In this document: positions 37,048 to 50,245 of the stretch, piece by piece
How positions within the stretch are numbered: position 1 is the first letter of the stretch
Layout of the letters: each line of letters opens with the position of its first letter
NCBI RefSeq assembly: GCF_963506605.1
Contig: NC_083287.1
Span: forward strand, 27,652,001 to 27,716,000
Reading direction: 5' to 3'
Length of the DNA: 64,000 nt
DNA from: Zootoca vivipara
Taxonomy: Eukaryota
The notes under the pieces: generated by a model
The model's database searches: none
Seen by the model: only the letters and a program-made list of their open reading frames with translations
Told to the model about the DNA's origin: nothing
Made by a program: the position numbers and the translations under genes

Positions 37048-37300
37048 TAGAGTTGCCATATTTCAAAAAGTAAAAACTAGGACACCCCAAAGGTTGCTGA
37101 GGTTTTTTTTGTTTGTTTTTAGCACTTTTAAGGAAAACCCAAAGGTTGGTGAGCTTTTCTTTTTACAAAAACACATTCTTTTGGTTTGCTTCCCTAAGAC
37201 TGAGGACAAAGCGCCGCCTTTCGGAAATTCCCCCTGGACATCAATTCCGCCTTTGAAATCCCTATAATGTCCAGAAAAATCTGGACATATGGCAGCCCTA
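37048..37300. mobile_element. hAT-Blackjack-type MITE inside an older tRNA-derived SINE (~36971-37330)
   Basis: TAG(A/G)GTTGCCATA...TATGGCAGCCCTA ends; host has GGTAGAGCA A box and GGTTCAATTCC B box. Confidence 0.7.
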
Positions 37301-37458
37301 CATGGTAGGGAATGGTAAGACTTCTGTTGAAAAGTCTGTGTAGGTCAAGGGATGGGGAACCTGTTGCCCTCAATTAATTTTGGTCTATAATTTTCATGAA
37401 TTCCACTGGTGGGAACTTGCAGCCCTGCAGATGTTGTTCAACTCCAATTTATAATAAC

Positions 37459-37459
<1 letters not shown>

Positions 37460-37493
<34 letters not shown>

Positions 37494-37776
37494 TTATTAT
37501 TTATACCCCGCCCATCTGGCTGGGTTTCCCCAGCCACTCTGGGTGGCTTCCAACAGAATATTAAAATAATCTATTAAATATTAAAAGCTTCCCTAAACAG
37601 GGCTGCCTTCAGATGTCTTCTAAAAGTCTGGTAGTTGTTTGTCTCTTTGACATCTGATGGGACGGCGTTCCACAGGGCGGGCGCCACTACCGAGAAGGCC
37701 CTCTGCCTGGTTCCCTGTAATTTGGCTTCTCGCAACGAGGGAACCACCAGAAGGCCCTCGGCGCTGGACCTCAGTG
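37460..37776 (-). mobile_element. L2-clade LINE 3' fragment with (AAT)n tail
   Basis: ORF 37574..37816: TRQRAFSVVAPALWNAVPSDVK...FRRHLKAALFREAF. Confidence 0.88.
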
Positions 37777-38231
37777 CCCCAACCAGCATGGTCAGAGATG
37801 ATCTGAAGGGCTGCATGGGTCTCCTCTCATTTTTGTAGTGCTATGATTCTCAGTTCTCAACCTGAATTACAGCTGGGGGGGTATGAACCCCTAATGTTTT
37901 GCTGATGGGCACCACTCTGTCTTCAAAACAACCCCTTTGCGTTTGCCTAAAGCTCCCGCTCCTGATTTTTTATTTTTTAACTTTGTGTTTGTGTTTGGCA
38001 GGGGGACATTGCCTACTTTCTGCTCATGTTTTACTTGCTTCTTGCGGAGTTTATTTCTTTAGTGCCACTCAGAACCTCTCCCAATCTATCTTCAGTGAAA
38101 TGGGTATTTTGTGGTGCCCATGACAGCTTCTTAGATTTCCCAAGTGCCCCTAGAGCAAAAGGCTGGAGACCTCAGATGTACGTCAATCATTTTCTCAGTG
38201 TACCTCCTCCTCCTCCTTGTTATTACTATTA

Positions 38232-39103
38232 CAGTGGTACCTCGGTTTACAACCACAATTGGTTCCGCAAGTCTGTACTTAAACTGAAGTATAGTTAACC
38301 TGAAGTGAACTTTCCCATTGAAAGTAATTGAAAGTGGATTAATCTGTTCCAGACGATGAAAAACACCCCCTAAAACAGCAATTTAACATGAAATTTACTG
38401 CCTAATGAGGCAATTGATCCATAAAATGAAATCAATATAACAGTACAAAATGAAAATGTGATTTTTTTTCTTACCTGGGCTGATGATAGTAATTGTTTGG
38501 ATGGGGGCTCAGGGTCCTCTTCTACTTCGGAGTGCTTCCGTGGCTGCGGCCCAGTCGTGGACACTCCGATGCCTTCCGGAAGGCCGGTCTTTCGCTCTGA
38601 TGCCTCCCGGAGGCTGGGCCTTCGCAAAGCCATGGGAGTGCTTCTGTGGTTGCAGCCCAGTCACGGACGCTCTGATGCCTCCGCAAAGGCCCACTCTCCC
38701 GGAAGGCATCAGAGTGTCCGCGACTGGGCCGCAGCTACGGAAGCACTCTGATGCCTCCACGGAGGCCCGGCCTCCCAGAAGGCATTGGAGCGCTTCCGTG
38801 GCTGCGGCCCAGTCTCAGACGCTCCAATGCCTTCTGGGAGGCCGGGACTTCACCCCGGGCCTTCACGGAGCCATGGGAGCGCTTCCGTGGCTGCGGCCCC
38901 GATGCCTTCGCGGAGGCCGGGCCTTCACACCGATGCCTCCTTTGCGGAGCCATGGGAGTGCCTCCGCAGCTGCAGCCCAGTCTTCAGACCTTTGCGGAGG
39001 CCTCCATAGGCCTCGGACACCTCGGTTTACTTACTTCCGGGTTACAGTAGTTCGTAAATCGAAAATTCGTAAACAGAGGTGTTCGTAAACCGAGGTTCCA
39101 CTG
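38232..39103. mobile_element. 872-bp Tigger/pogo-type non-autonomous element with GC-rich modular interior
   Basis: TA-flanked TIRs CAGTGGTACCTCGGTTTAC...GTAAACCGAGGTTCCACTG. Confidence 0.88.
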
Positions 39104-40823
39104 TATTGTTAATTTATTACCTGCCCTTCTCCACATCGGTGACAGGTCATTTTTCAGAAATGACTCTCCTTTGTCCCTGTTCACAATTTTTTCACTATGC
39201 ATATTTTTTAAAAGAAAGGTATATACTATATGGCTGGATGATTTCTACCCGGTTCACCTTACTCAGGCCATTTTTCAGAGCTCTGAATCCTCCTCCTCCT
39301 CCTCCTCCCTTGAAAACACATATAAAAATATATCAATGTGAGATACAAAATCTCAGTTAAAACGTAACAAATAAAACTGCACAAGAGACATGAAACAAAC
39401 AAGTGCAGAATGGGTCGTGTGACAAGAAGGTTATGAAAAAGCTAAATCAGTTTAATAACGCTTGCTGAAATATCCAAGTTGGTGTACAAAACACATTATA
39501 GATGGTGCCAGCTTGATTTCATTAGGGAAAGAGTTCCTTTACCCCTGGTGCAACTAAATGCCTAATTTCTTGTTGAAGACGCCAGGCCTAGTCACACTCG
39601 CTTCAGCAGCAGATTGCAATGAGGGCAGGGGTGTGAGAAATAAGGCTGTTTTTAAAATACTCTGGCCCCAGGTTCTTTAGGACCTTAGTAAGACCCTGAA
39701 AATCCGGCTGCATACCTTCAATAAGGGCCGTTCTCCCTGTTAGGATCTCCTACTCTCAAGTAGGACCCTGGCAGACACACATGCCCAACTGGCATGTTCC
39801 CTCCCTCCAGCCGATCGTTTGGGATCTTCAAAAGCTTTCTTCAGCCCGAACATAACAGCGACTAATGCCAAGAAGCATTAGCACACTTAGGGATCTGCAG
39901 AATTTGCACAGTTGCATAACAGAACTCAGCAACTCAGCATTTTGGCTAATCTACTTTTATTTACATATAAACACACAGAGAGCACTGCAACATGCCTCCC
40001 TCTCTCTCTAGCATGAGGCAGCAAAGAGGCAAGAATAAAGGACAATAGTCCCACTTCACGGCACACAGTAACACAAACACCCTGTCTTCGTCACATCCCA
40101 CTCTGTGGAATGAAAAACATACACAGCCATGTGATAGACAACAATCCCATGACTGCAGACACGGGGAATGAATCTTCAACACTCCCAACAAAGGTGGTGT
40201 TGGTTGCTAACACCCGAAAAACAGGCTGCAAACCTTCCAAACCAGTCTTGAAAGGCAATTCCACAGAACGGATTACAATAGCATATCTGTGAGGTTACGC
40301 ATGTTTGAGCCACTGCAGCCAAGCTTATTCTGACCAAGGAACACTTGCAGCTGATGCACCAGCCAAGGCTGGTTAAAGGCACTCCTTTGCCACTGAAGTC
40401 GCCTGAGCCTCGAGTGAAAAATTATTCCCCCCCCCATCCCTGCTGGTCCTCTTCCTCCTCAAAAGGCCATTCAGCCAGCCCTCACAACACTGTTGCTCTC
40501 TCTGTGTTGATTAACTGGTGCAGGAGCAGCAGTGGTGGGAGAGGGGGCAAACTCTCCTTTTGGCAACCCATCACTGCTGCCACGTAAGCCTAACTCTACC
40601 CATCTGCACCCATCAGAGGGCAACTCTGCTTCCAAGGCCATTATGTGGGACTAGCCATACATTAGAACTGGCAATCTACTAAATTTTGTTTTCAAGAAGG
40701 TTGAATGTACTTATGAGATTTCAGCTACTTTGTCACTTTTTCAAACGATGGGTTCTGCATATCTTAAAAGCTTGCACACTCTAATATGCATGCAAGGTTT
40801 TGTTTGTATGTTGCCTTTCAAGC

Positions 40824-41111
40824 CAGGGTTTTTTCTTCCCCTAGAAAAATGGGTACTGCTACTCACCTTGAAGTTGTTACAATAAGTGCCACACTTAAAT
40901 AACAACAAAAGAGGTGCCAGTACTGCCTATTGTAATGATTGCTGAACGTTACATTATTTGATTGCTTATTTTAAAGCTATGTTTTATTATCATATTTTTG
41001 TATTGCATTAGATTGTTATAAGGTTGTTTTGTATTTCATTAGATTCTGTTTCTTCAGCTTGTAAACCGCTTTGAGTATTGTATGATAGAAAGGCGGTATA
41101 CAAATTAAAAG

Positions 41112-41143
<32 letters not shown>

Positions 41144-41179
41144 CCTACCCCCTGAGTACCCCCTTGAAAAAAACCACTG
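40824..41179. mobile_element. hAT MITE containing an L2-type 3' tail with (GAT)n
   Basis: CAGGGTTTTTT...AAAAAACCACTG ends, TSD TTTCAAGC/GTTCAAGC; inner insert bounded by TGCCTA. Confidence 0.7.
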
Positions 41180-43089
41180 GTTCAAGCCATGCTTTTAAGG
41201 CTGCTTAAAACATGAAAAAATACTTTATTCCACCACAATAAAAGTAGTCATAAACAATAAATAAAATACCCAAAAATCCACAACCAAACTGAACAATATC
41301 CACATTAATCATAAGATCTATAATAAAGGTGCAAAAATAATATCAATAAAAGCAACAATTTCTGCCCAACAAAACTCTCTAAACAAATACTCGAGCCCAA
41401 CCATTTGTTCAGCTTTTGTAGCTGGCGTAGGTCAGGACCCTACCCTCCCAGGTCAGGCGGGAAAATGTCTGCAAGGCAGGGAGCAGGTCTTCCAGGACTT
41501 GCAGCCAAGATGAATTGGCTTAGTAGAAAAACGACACCATGCCTTTCCCCCTAACTATAAAAGCACTGCTTTTTGGAGTGTGCTCAGCCATTGTAATTTG
41601 TGTTCCCTTTCCCTGGCACTAGATGTCAGAGTTGCACTGCAATTGCTTTTTCTATGTAATCCAAGATGTGATTTTTAAAAGCTTCATAACACTTGTCCTT
41701 GTAACTTGCAATACTATAAGTCCTATGAACCTACTGAGTTTTAAAATTAACCTTTAAAACAAAATATATGAATGAATAAGTAAATATGTAGCTGATGAAA
41801 GTTTACATTCAATGTACAGTATAGAGAGTTGTTGCGGAATTGGTCCGCAAGCAGATGAAGCAGATATGTAAGATTGATGCCAGAGTGATTATCTCAATGC
41901 ATTTCTCCTTTGTACCTCCACTGGTACACTTTGGGCTTGTTTTGCAGGGTATATATGCAAATTAATACAAGAATGCACAATTTATCTGATGCTTATAAAC
42001 AATATTGAAAACTTCAAAATCCCTCATTCAGCTTAGGCAGAATGTGTGTTTTTTATTCCAGTTTTAAAACGAGTGTAAAATGGAAAATGATCTATGACGA
42101 TCTTAAAAGTCTGGAGAGTATGTCAACAAACTGTAGGATATTTCTGCACACAGTGAGATTTAGTGAGGTTTCAGTATGAAATCCTGTTTTCTGGAGAAAG
42201 ATTTGCTTGAAGGCAGCTTTATTGCTGTTCTTTGGATTTCCACAGGAGGGAGTAGCTTTAATTCTTTCTGGAAACTATTACAGAAACCGCTTTGGGGAGC
42301 TGTTGCAAAGTTCCCACTCTTGAGCAAACATGGAACTTTGTGAGTGCTAAGAGTTTCTGTATTACGTTAGAATGGTTTTCCCCACCCTGTTGGCTTTTGA
42401 TTTTTCTCTTAATATGGGACATTGCTAAAAGGATTTTCTCATTCCCTTTTCTCTGATGCATACACACTAAATAAGAATAAAATAAGGGCGGTGAGAGGGG
42501 AAACTGCCTTACCAATTCCACAGCACACATGCCAAGTTTATTTTATTTTATTTTTTACATGCCTCCTTTCATTGCCGCCTTCATTGGTAATTATGCCAAG
42601 GTAGGGTACAACATAAAATAACCATCAGTAAAACAAAAAGCAGTTCTCAAAAACAACAGCAAAAAGAAGCAACTGAAAACAGTGCAGCAAGAAGGCTAAA
42701 TATTCTGAAGCAACCAGAAGCCAGTGAAAATTGTTTTAGCTGTCCAACCTCTTTGCAGAATTCAGTCAGCTTTGCAGACAGTGAGGCACACAACTAGTGA
42801 AATAGTGTAACCCATTTTTCTTCCATTTGTACCCATCTTTACTGTTAGTACTGATAGTACTGAAGTCCATGGGAAGTGTGTTTTTCCCTTCCTTGTTCGC
42901 CACCTGCAGTCCATGCACAGATACCTTAGCACTTTGATCCAAGCTGGTGTTTATGACACAGAAACCATAGTTAAGACCGTGATTAAGTAAAGATACAAAA
43001 ACCAGCATTATTGCATATGGAAAATTGGAAAGAGGGAGAGAGAGCTGACAACCAGAAATAGAAATACGGAAAAGAAAAATGGGTGAAAT

Positions 43090-43480
43090 CTTCTTTTTTT
43101 AAAAAAAAATCTTACTTATTATTTTTTCACAAAGAAAAAAAAACTTTTCAAATTTTAACATAAACCATGAGTTACTTTATCAATTCACTTCCTGTCCTCC
43201 CCTTCCATGGTTTCCATATTGACCCTTAAATGCTGCATATTTTGCCTATACTATTTAACACATTCCATTTAACCTATTTATCTTAATAATTCCATGCTGT
43301 TGCTCATATTTCAAATCCTGCTCTTGCTATAGTATTTCTTTAAATACTCGATAAAAAGTTTCCAGTCCTCAATGAAATTTTCATCATTTTGTTTTCTAAT
43401 CTTTGCTGTTAATCTTGCCAGTTCAACATACTCCATCATTTTCCAAAGCCAGCCTACTTTTGTTGTAACCTCTCCTTCTG
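43090..43480 (-). mobile_element. L1-clade LINE 3' fragment
   Basis: Minus strand reads WLWKMMEYVELARLTAKIRKQNDENFIEDWKLFIEYLK, typical of squamate L1 ORF2 ends. Confidence 0.7.
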
Positions 43481-44665
43481 AGTGAAATCTTAACTGTTGC
43501 TAAGTCTTCTTTCTCCCCCCCTTTTTTTGCCTGTCACCATGAGGTTCAAGGGTGGACTACAACAACTGAAAGCACAATATTAAAAATAAGTTAAAACAAA
43601 TGACAGTCAAGAGGATAGGGTGGGTCCTAAGAATTTGGTATGGGTAAAAGGAAGTTGGTGGGTGACTTGTGAGAATTGCTCAACGTAGTCCTACGTATTT
43701 TATTTTAAAACTCATTTATGGTGGTGATATAACAACATGACTTTTCCATTCTAGAAATTATTTAAGTTACAATTACACATAATTATATGTTAACAGCTAA
43801 GGTGGCTGATATTTGGCAGCTAACCAGAGCAAAAATCGAATATGTTATTTTCCGAAAGTGCACTGTATTTATGTAATGGGATCTGTGGATCAGTTGCAGG
43901 CTGTAACTGAAGTATTTTAATTGGCAGAACACCCACATTCAAGACTTGTTTGTTTCTCTGATAAGGAAAATGCCAGCTAAGTCGCTCCATATGTTCTGTT
44001 CCAATGGAGGCGAAATCACATGTAATGACCATTCTTTTGAATAAATGGCAAAAATTAAAACTACTGTGCAACTATAAATATATCTTGATTATGCATTTTA
44101 TGTTATTTTTTAAATAAATATATTTGAGATATCTGTTCCCCTTTCCTTTGGGGGGAGGGGGGGCTTCTTGCTGATGAATTTGAATTCAGGTGCATTCATC
44201 TAGTGATAATCTTTCATGAACCAAAAGCCAAGCATAGGAAAAGATGATTAAAGGAAAATGCCTTGGCATAGCAAGGGCTATATGTGTTCACAGCCCTAGC
44301 TGGAGAAGAAATCTATGCATGCAAAAATATATATAAAGAAATGCATGTCATTCCAGACACAATAACAATGCAGGAAAGGTTGCATACATGTTGCTTGGGC
44401 AGATATTCATTTTATGAACTTGAAAGGATGGTATTACAGTCTTAGCCATAGGTAAAAAGGTTCTGGAAATGCAACTCTGAGCTTAAAACCCAACCCCCAA
44501 ACATGCCTGTTTGAAAGAATTGTGTTTTGATCTCTTGCAAATTAATAAATGAAGAAGCAGATTGTCTTTTATGTTCTTGAGTCAATTTCAATTTTTTATT
44601 GGCACTTATGGGTTTCACTGTTTATGCCATTAAATGAAATCCATTTCTTTTTATGTCTTCTGCAG

Positions 44666-44783
44666 AATGTGAAGGATGATGGGCAGCATGTATGGAGGCT
44701 GAAACACTTCAACAAACCTGCCTATTGCAATCTTTGCTTGAACATGCTTATAGGAGTAGGCAAACAGGGCCTCTCCTGCTCAT
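44666..44783 (+). CDS. DGKB: DGKB coding exon 9: [40 protein letters not shown]1A start
   Basis: tctgcag / GTGAGT, 118 nt, C1 His/Cys pattern. Confidence 0.97.
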
Positions 44784-45167
44784 GTGAGTATACGTCCCGT
44801 TTAGCTCTGATCGTGCTCTAAACGAGATCCAGCCCTGTTCATCATCCTAATCAGGACACAGATTTTCATTAGACCAAGAATTTTCAGGTGTTGCCCTGCT
44901 TTTATGCCAAAGTGTAGAAAAAGAGGCAAACATATGAGACTCTTCTTTAGACGGTGGCATCTATTTTTACTTTCCAAAAATTCAAGGTAACTTTTGAGAC
45001 AACAAACTGAATAAAATTGATACAAATCATGGCGTGGGTGTCCTAGGATCCTTGAGAATGAGTGACTACAGTCCTTAGGCACCTCCCTTTGTCGCGGCTG
45101 CAATGAGAAGTTTGGAAACTTTTGCTTCCATTTTGTATTAATTTTATAATATAAAATATTATGCATA

Positions 45168-45503
45168 CAGTGGTACCTCGGTTTATGAACACAATTGGTT
45201 CCAGAAGTCTGTTCATAAACTGAAGCGTTCATAAACTGAAGCAAACTTTCCCATTGAAAGTAATGGAAAGTGGATTAATCTGTTCCAGACGGTCTGCGGA
45301 GTACTCAAACTGAAGTGTACTTAACCTGAAGCATGGGTGTAATTGGTTCCGGAAGTCTGTTCATAAACTGAAGCGTTCATAAACTGAAGCAAACTTTCCC
45401 ATTGAAAGTAATGGAAAGTGAATTAATCTGTTCCAGATGGGTCCGCGGCGTTCGTAAACCGAAAATTCGTAAACCGAGGTGTTCATAAACCGAGGTTCCA
45501 CTG
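45168..45503. mobile_element. 336-bp Tigger/pogo-type MITE with internal duplication
   Basis: Same TIRs as 38232, TA TSD. Confidence 0.9.
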
Positions 45504-46067
45504 TAGAATATAAAATACTGTCATGTTGTCTGAACGTGGACAAACTGTAGTTTATATTAGCTATGGTTTGCTGAAACAAGACATCTTAAAACCATAGTGT
45601 ATGAAGTTGGCTTGATTAAACTACCCTCAGTTAAGATAACCTATAATTTCCCCCCGGTATGGATGACATACTAACTGGCAGTTAATAGAAGCAGAAAATG
45701 GGTAATATAGAGAAGGATGTGTGCTCTATACTTGCAGTGGCTAGTTCTTGTAATCTTAACCCATGACGTAGTATTATGTTAGAAAATGGCTTCTCTGCTC
45801 CAAGGAGAATTTTGCATCTGGAGAAGATGATTTGCCAGTCACTCCCAAAGGATTAAACTCACAACTGCTTCCTGCTTTATTTTACAGTTTATGCCAGTGC
45901 TTCTGCTAAGAGAGGATTGCTCTAGTCTGGGGCAAGTCAAAAAAGAGCATGTGCCTCTGATAGCAACGACCCATGCCTTTCTTTGGGAAACTCAAGCCCA
46001 ACATAGAAAATAATGTCAGTATAGTTAAAATCATTCAGCTTGGATTTTGAGTCCCTCAACTTGATAG

Positions 46068-46241
46068 TACGGCACATAAGACGACAGGGCGTATAAGACG
46101 ACCCCCAGCTCTTCCAGTTAAAATATAAAGTTTGGGATATACTCGCCATATATGAAATACGACCCGGTGTATAAGATGACCCCCGACTTTTGAGAAGATT
46201 TTCCTGGGTTAAAAAGTAGTCTTATACGCAAGAATATACAG
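46068..46241. mobile_element. Tc2-like MITE (one intact end)
   Basis: Repeated TATAAGACGACCCCC motif; end AGTCTTATACGCAAGAATATACAG+TA. Confidence 0.65.
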
Positions 46242-47745
46242 TATTTTGTAGATGCACATGCTTGTCTGCAATCCATACTGTTTGCCTTGATTTACCTTTG
46301 TTGATTATCCCTCATTTATTCTAGCTATAAGGTTTTTTGTCCTCCCCTTTTCTGTTCTGTTCTTTGCAGAAGGGGGGAATAGGGTTCTGGAGGATACATT
46401 TGGGGCCGCACAACCCTCTGTGGCCAATCAAGTTGCTCCCTGCAGTATATTTGATTTATAGCTGGCCCTCCCATTGGATGTACATAATAAGTGCAAAAGC
46501 GTGGTCAGAAAGCCTTGTACATGGCTACCCTTGAAGATAAAACCTGGGAGAAATGGTGCTTTTGTTTTGAATGTGGGTGAGCTTTTGACTACTGAAGTTA
46601 GCATTAGTCCTCCTCATAGCAGTAATGTTATCTGCTGAGTCACCAGAAAAATATCAAGTTTGGAATCCATCTGATGCCCTTGTGCTCACAAGATGACTGC
46701 TGCTAACAAAAGGAGAAGGAAGGTTCCCTCTCCCCCCGGAGCCCCCAGAGCCCCTGAGATTGGCTCCAGAGGGTTGGGAGGCCTTCCAGAACTAATTGTT
46801 GGGTGGTATGGGAGCTCCAGTGGGTAGCAGGGAATCTCCTGATTTAGCAGAAACATCGACTGGATCAAAATGCTTCCATGAGCACAAGAGCATCAATTGG
46901 ATTCCACTCTTGAGTCAGTATTCCATGAAACCATTTAAGCTTTATTGTACCAATAAAGGCTACAAAGTGCAGAAAAGCGATGAAGGGCAAGAGGGGAGAA
47001 GCTTTTCTGGGGAATGGAAATTGGCAAGGTGAATGATAATTGAACCTTGTGCATGATAAAATGAACAGATTTATAATGATTTCTATCTGGAAAGAAGACT
47101 ACCCGAGGTTGATAAATCAATAGAGGGAATAACATAAACTTGCTGCTTTTTGCATTTGGGTTTGCCAGCTGCTCTCATGCCTATAGTTGGTAAAATATAG
47201 ATATTTCCTTCTTGGCAATGACACAAACGCATTTGGCAGGCATCAATTTGTCTTCAGTATCTGCCCCTCCTTCAATTTAGGAACTATTGTTGACAAGGCA
47301 AGGGCTGATTCAGTTAAGCATTTCCTGCTCAGCCATTGAGTAGTCTTAGATTCTTACATTGACCATACTTGTTATTCGTTCATTTGTTTTATTTGTATGC
47401 TGCTTTTACACACACACACACAAAAAACACCAACAAAAACCGCTCATTCCTGCTCACAACAAGCAGGGATGAATTTCGTACAAACACTACAAAAACAAAG
47501 TATCACATCTCAATACTATAAATATTGAATTACAAGATTACATAAACAACATATAGCATCCAACAGCAAAAAATAGCCATTTCACCTTAGTCCTAGAAAC
47601 ACTCCTCCCATGATGTTGCTGATATTAAGCAATATTTCCTTTATTTTATGGGCTTTTGTGCTTCAGTGCAAATTGCTAGATTTGGATTTCCATGCTCCTG
47701 ATACAAATAATGAATTGCCTTTTGATAACCTTAGTTATTCAAAAT

Positions 47746-47814
47746 GTTGTTGTTGTTTAGTCGTTTAGTCATGTCCGACTCTTCGTGACCCCATGGACCA
47801 TAGCATATTTTGAA
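47746..47814 (-). mobile_element. Very short BovB 3' tip
   Basis: Matches the 3' end of the 35439 copy; 14-bp TSD TAGTTATTCAAAAT (47732-47745, 47815-47828). Confidence 0.88.
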
Positions 47815-47874
47815 TAGTTATTCAAAATAGGTTTCTATAAAATTGTGTCAATAACTACATTGTTGCATTTTCAG

Positions 47875-47963
47875 TTTGTAAGTATACAGTCCATGAACGT
47901 TGCGTTTCGAGAGCACCAGCTTCTTGCATCAAAACATATGTGAAATCCAAAAAGAATACTGAG
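47875..47963 (+). CDS. DGKB: DGKB coding exon 10: (F)[29 protein letters not shown]
   Basis: ttttcag / GTGAGC, 89 nt, completes C1A. Confidence 0.97.
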
Positions 47964-48009
47964 GTGAGCCACCATTATTGTCTTCACTGTGTTTTGGTGG
48001 GTTTCCAAC

Positions 48010-48285
48010 GTCAATTCAAAGTGCTGGTTTTCATGTTAACACCCTAAGCAACATAGGAACCCAAGGTACAAACCTGCCTGATCTTATAAGGTAATCTTCT
48101 AAGCCTGTTGTTGGGTACTCCCTCACCCTGTGAGGACAGTTGGAGGACTAGTAGCGAGGCCTATTCAGTGATAGCATCTCCTATGTGGAATACCTTCCCC
48201 AAGCAGTTTTTTGGAGGGTGATTTCATCAAAGCTATTTAGGTGTCAGGTCAAAACCTTAAAATTTTACAAGACTTTTGATTGATA
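48010..48285 (+). mobile_element. Old L2 fragment
   Basis: CAATTCAAAGTGCTGG...GGCCTATTCAGTG...TGTGGAATACCTTCCC, degenerate FKVL...RAFSV..LWN.LP. Confidence 0.55.
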
Positions 48286-48510
48286 GCTTTGTTGTTGTTT
48301 TATTGTTTTTGTGGCCTGCTTGCTTGTTCTTCAATATTTGTTGACTTAAGGGTATTAACTGTTCAGTTTTATCAGTACTTTATGTGGTTCCTCTTAATAG
48401 TTTAATGTTGCTTTGCATGCTTTGGTAGAGATGTGGCTCTTTGGAAAGTGTCTTTTTTAAAAAGTAAAGAAAGGAAAGATTTTACTCCTGGCTGCACTTT
48501 TCTTTCCTAG

Positions 48511-48642
<132 letters not shown>

Positions 48643-49265
48643 TGATAATAATGGTTGTGATTATGCAGGCTGATGTACCACAGCATTTCCTACTGGTGCA
48701 CATGTGCTCCCTGAGGCTGTGGCTAAGGGGCTGGGGGGAAAAGCTAGCACCAAAGAGTGGGGTCCTTATTCTAACCTGGGTCTGCCTTTGTGTGCATTCG
48801 AGAATTTTAAACGCTTAAAATGCACAAATGGTCTGCATGGAAGTCAATAGAGTGTGAATGCTGAATTGGGCCTCAGAAGAGGTTGGGGGAGAACCGATTC
48901 AAGTAGATTGGTTGGGAATCCAAATCAACCTTATTGGTTGTAGAATGGCTTAAGTGTGCATTAATTATGGTAAAGTGGCCTTGCCACTAAGGCGGTGAAT
49001 TAGTGTGACAAGTTTTAGATTGTGGGGTGAGCAAAAGACACCCACAATAAAGCTTCAGTACTTGGAGGAAATTGAAAATTGATACATTTTTATTTTGTTG
49101 CTAGGAAACTGCCAGAAAAAAGTATTACTATTATTATTTTTTACAGTAATGATTAATATGGACAGGGTTTCAATAAAATGCCAGTCACTTTTAAATTCAG
49201 AAATGCCATGGCCAAATTATCCTTTGCTAAAGGGTATGTAACTGGCAAAAGGTATGTCTTACATA

Positions 49266-49453
49266 CAGTGGTACCTCGGTTTATGAACACAATTGGTTCC
49301 GGAAGTCTGTTCATAAACGGAAGCGTTCATAAACTGAAGCAAACTTTCCCATTGAAAGTAATGGAAAGTGAATTAATCCGTTCCAGATGGGTCCGCGGCA
49401 TTCATAAACCGAAAATTCATAAACCGAGGTGTTCGTAAACCGAGGTTCCACTG
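49266..49453. mobile_element. 188-bp Tigger/pogo-type MITE
   Basis: Same TIRs, TA TSD. Confidence 0.9.
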
Positions 49454-49884
49454 TACTTTAAAAAGATAGATTGTACCTTTATTAGTACTTACAAAAATAA
49501 GGATATGAATTACCTAAAGAAAAAAAGAATACAGACAAGGGAACAGTGATAGGGAAGATACTCTGCCCAGGGAATGAGACCACCTGTTGAACCAAATATT
49601 CGTGCACTGCCTATAAAGTCATGTTATATAACAACATAATCTTATGTAAGTGCACTCAGAAGTTAAAAAAAAACCATCAAATTCAATGGGGTTTATTCCT
49701 AGATAGCTAGGATTATAGCCTAAATTAAAAACCTCTAATCTGAAAGCTTAATTGGCTAGGACATTGCCTATAAAACAGGTAAATCTGATAACAAAAATGT
49801 TGACATGAAACAGTGCTGATTGGAAAGGAATGTACCAACTAAATTATCTTCCCCATGTTGGTGTAGTAGTTTAAGAAATGTAAC

Positions 49885-50070
49885 CTGTAATTCTACCACA
49901 TTTAACCAGGGAGTCAGTCCCATTGAACCCAGTGGAATTTTATTTTGACCAAGCTTTTTAAGGATTGCACTGATAGTACTTGTTTGCTTAGACTGCGATC
50001 CTAATCTCTGGGAGTAAGCTCTGTTGAATCCAATAGGATTTATTTCTGAGTAGACATGGTTAGGATTGTT
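49885..50070. repeat. Two copies of an old ~85-bp palindromic repeat (CAATCC...AGTAAG..CCATTGAA..CAATGG..TTAC...AGGATTG); others near 195, 5575, 16780, 28200, 49650, 61570
   Basis: Recurrent degenerate hairpin motif across the window; family not identified. Confidence 0.6.
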
Positions 50071-50095
50071 CAGTAAAAGCCTAATTTCCAGAGAC

Positions 50096-50245
50096 CTAGC
50101 TGTGTTAGTTCGTTGCAGCAAAAACACGTCATACCTGCAATTTGGGATAACACTTCATGTATCCGATGAAGGAGGACTTTAGTCCATGAAAGTTTATGCC
50201 ATAAAAAAACTTGTTAGACTTTAAAGTGGCATAAGATTCTCTGTT
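50096..50245. mobile_element. Old Penelope-derived relic with degenerate hammerhead (50159-50199)
   Basis: TAGCTGTGTTAGTT start; GTAT-CCGATGA-...GGACTTTAGTCC...-GAAAGTTTATGC; TGTTAGACTTTAAAGTG resembles TTGGTCTTTAAGGTG. Confidence 0.65.

Noticed and set aside
38520-39010. CRISPR-like repeat-spacer array
   Set aside because: Eukaryotic intron, irregular degenerate units in both orientations, no unique spacers or cas genes.
38483-39088. 201-aa ORF and overlapping ORFs
   Set aside because: A by-product of GC-rich repeats inside a MITE; no recognisable domain.
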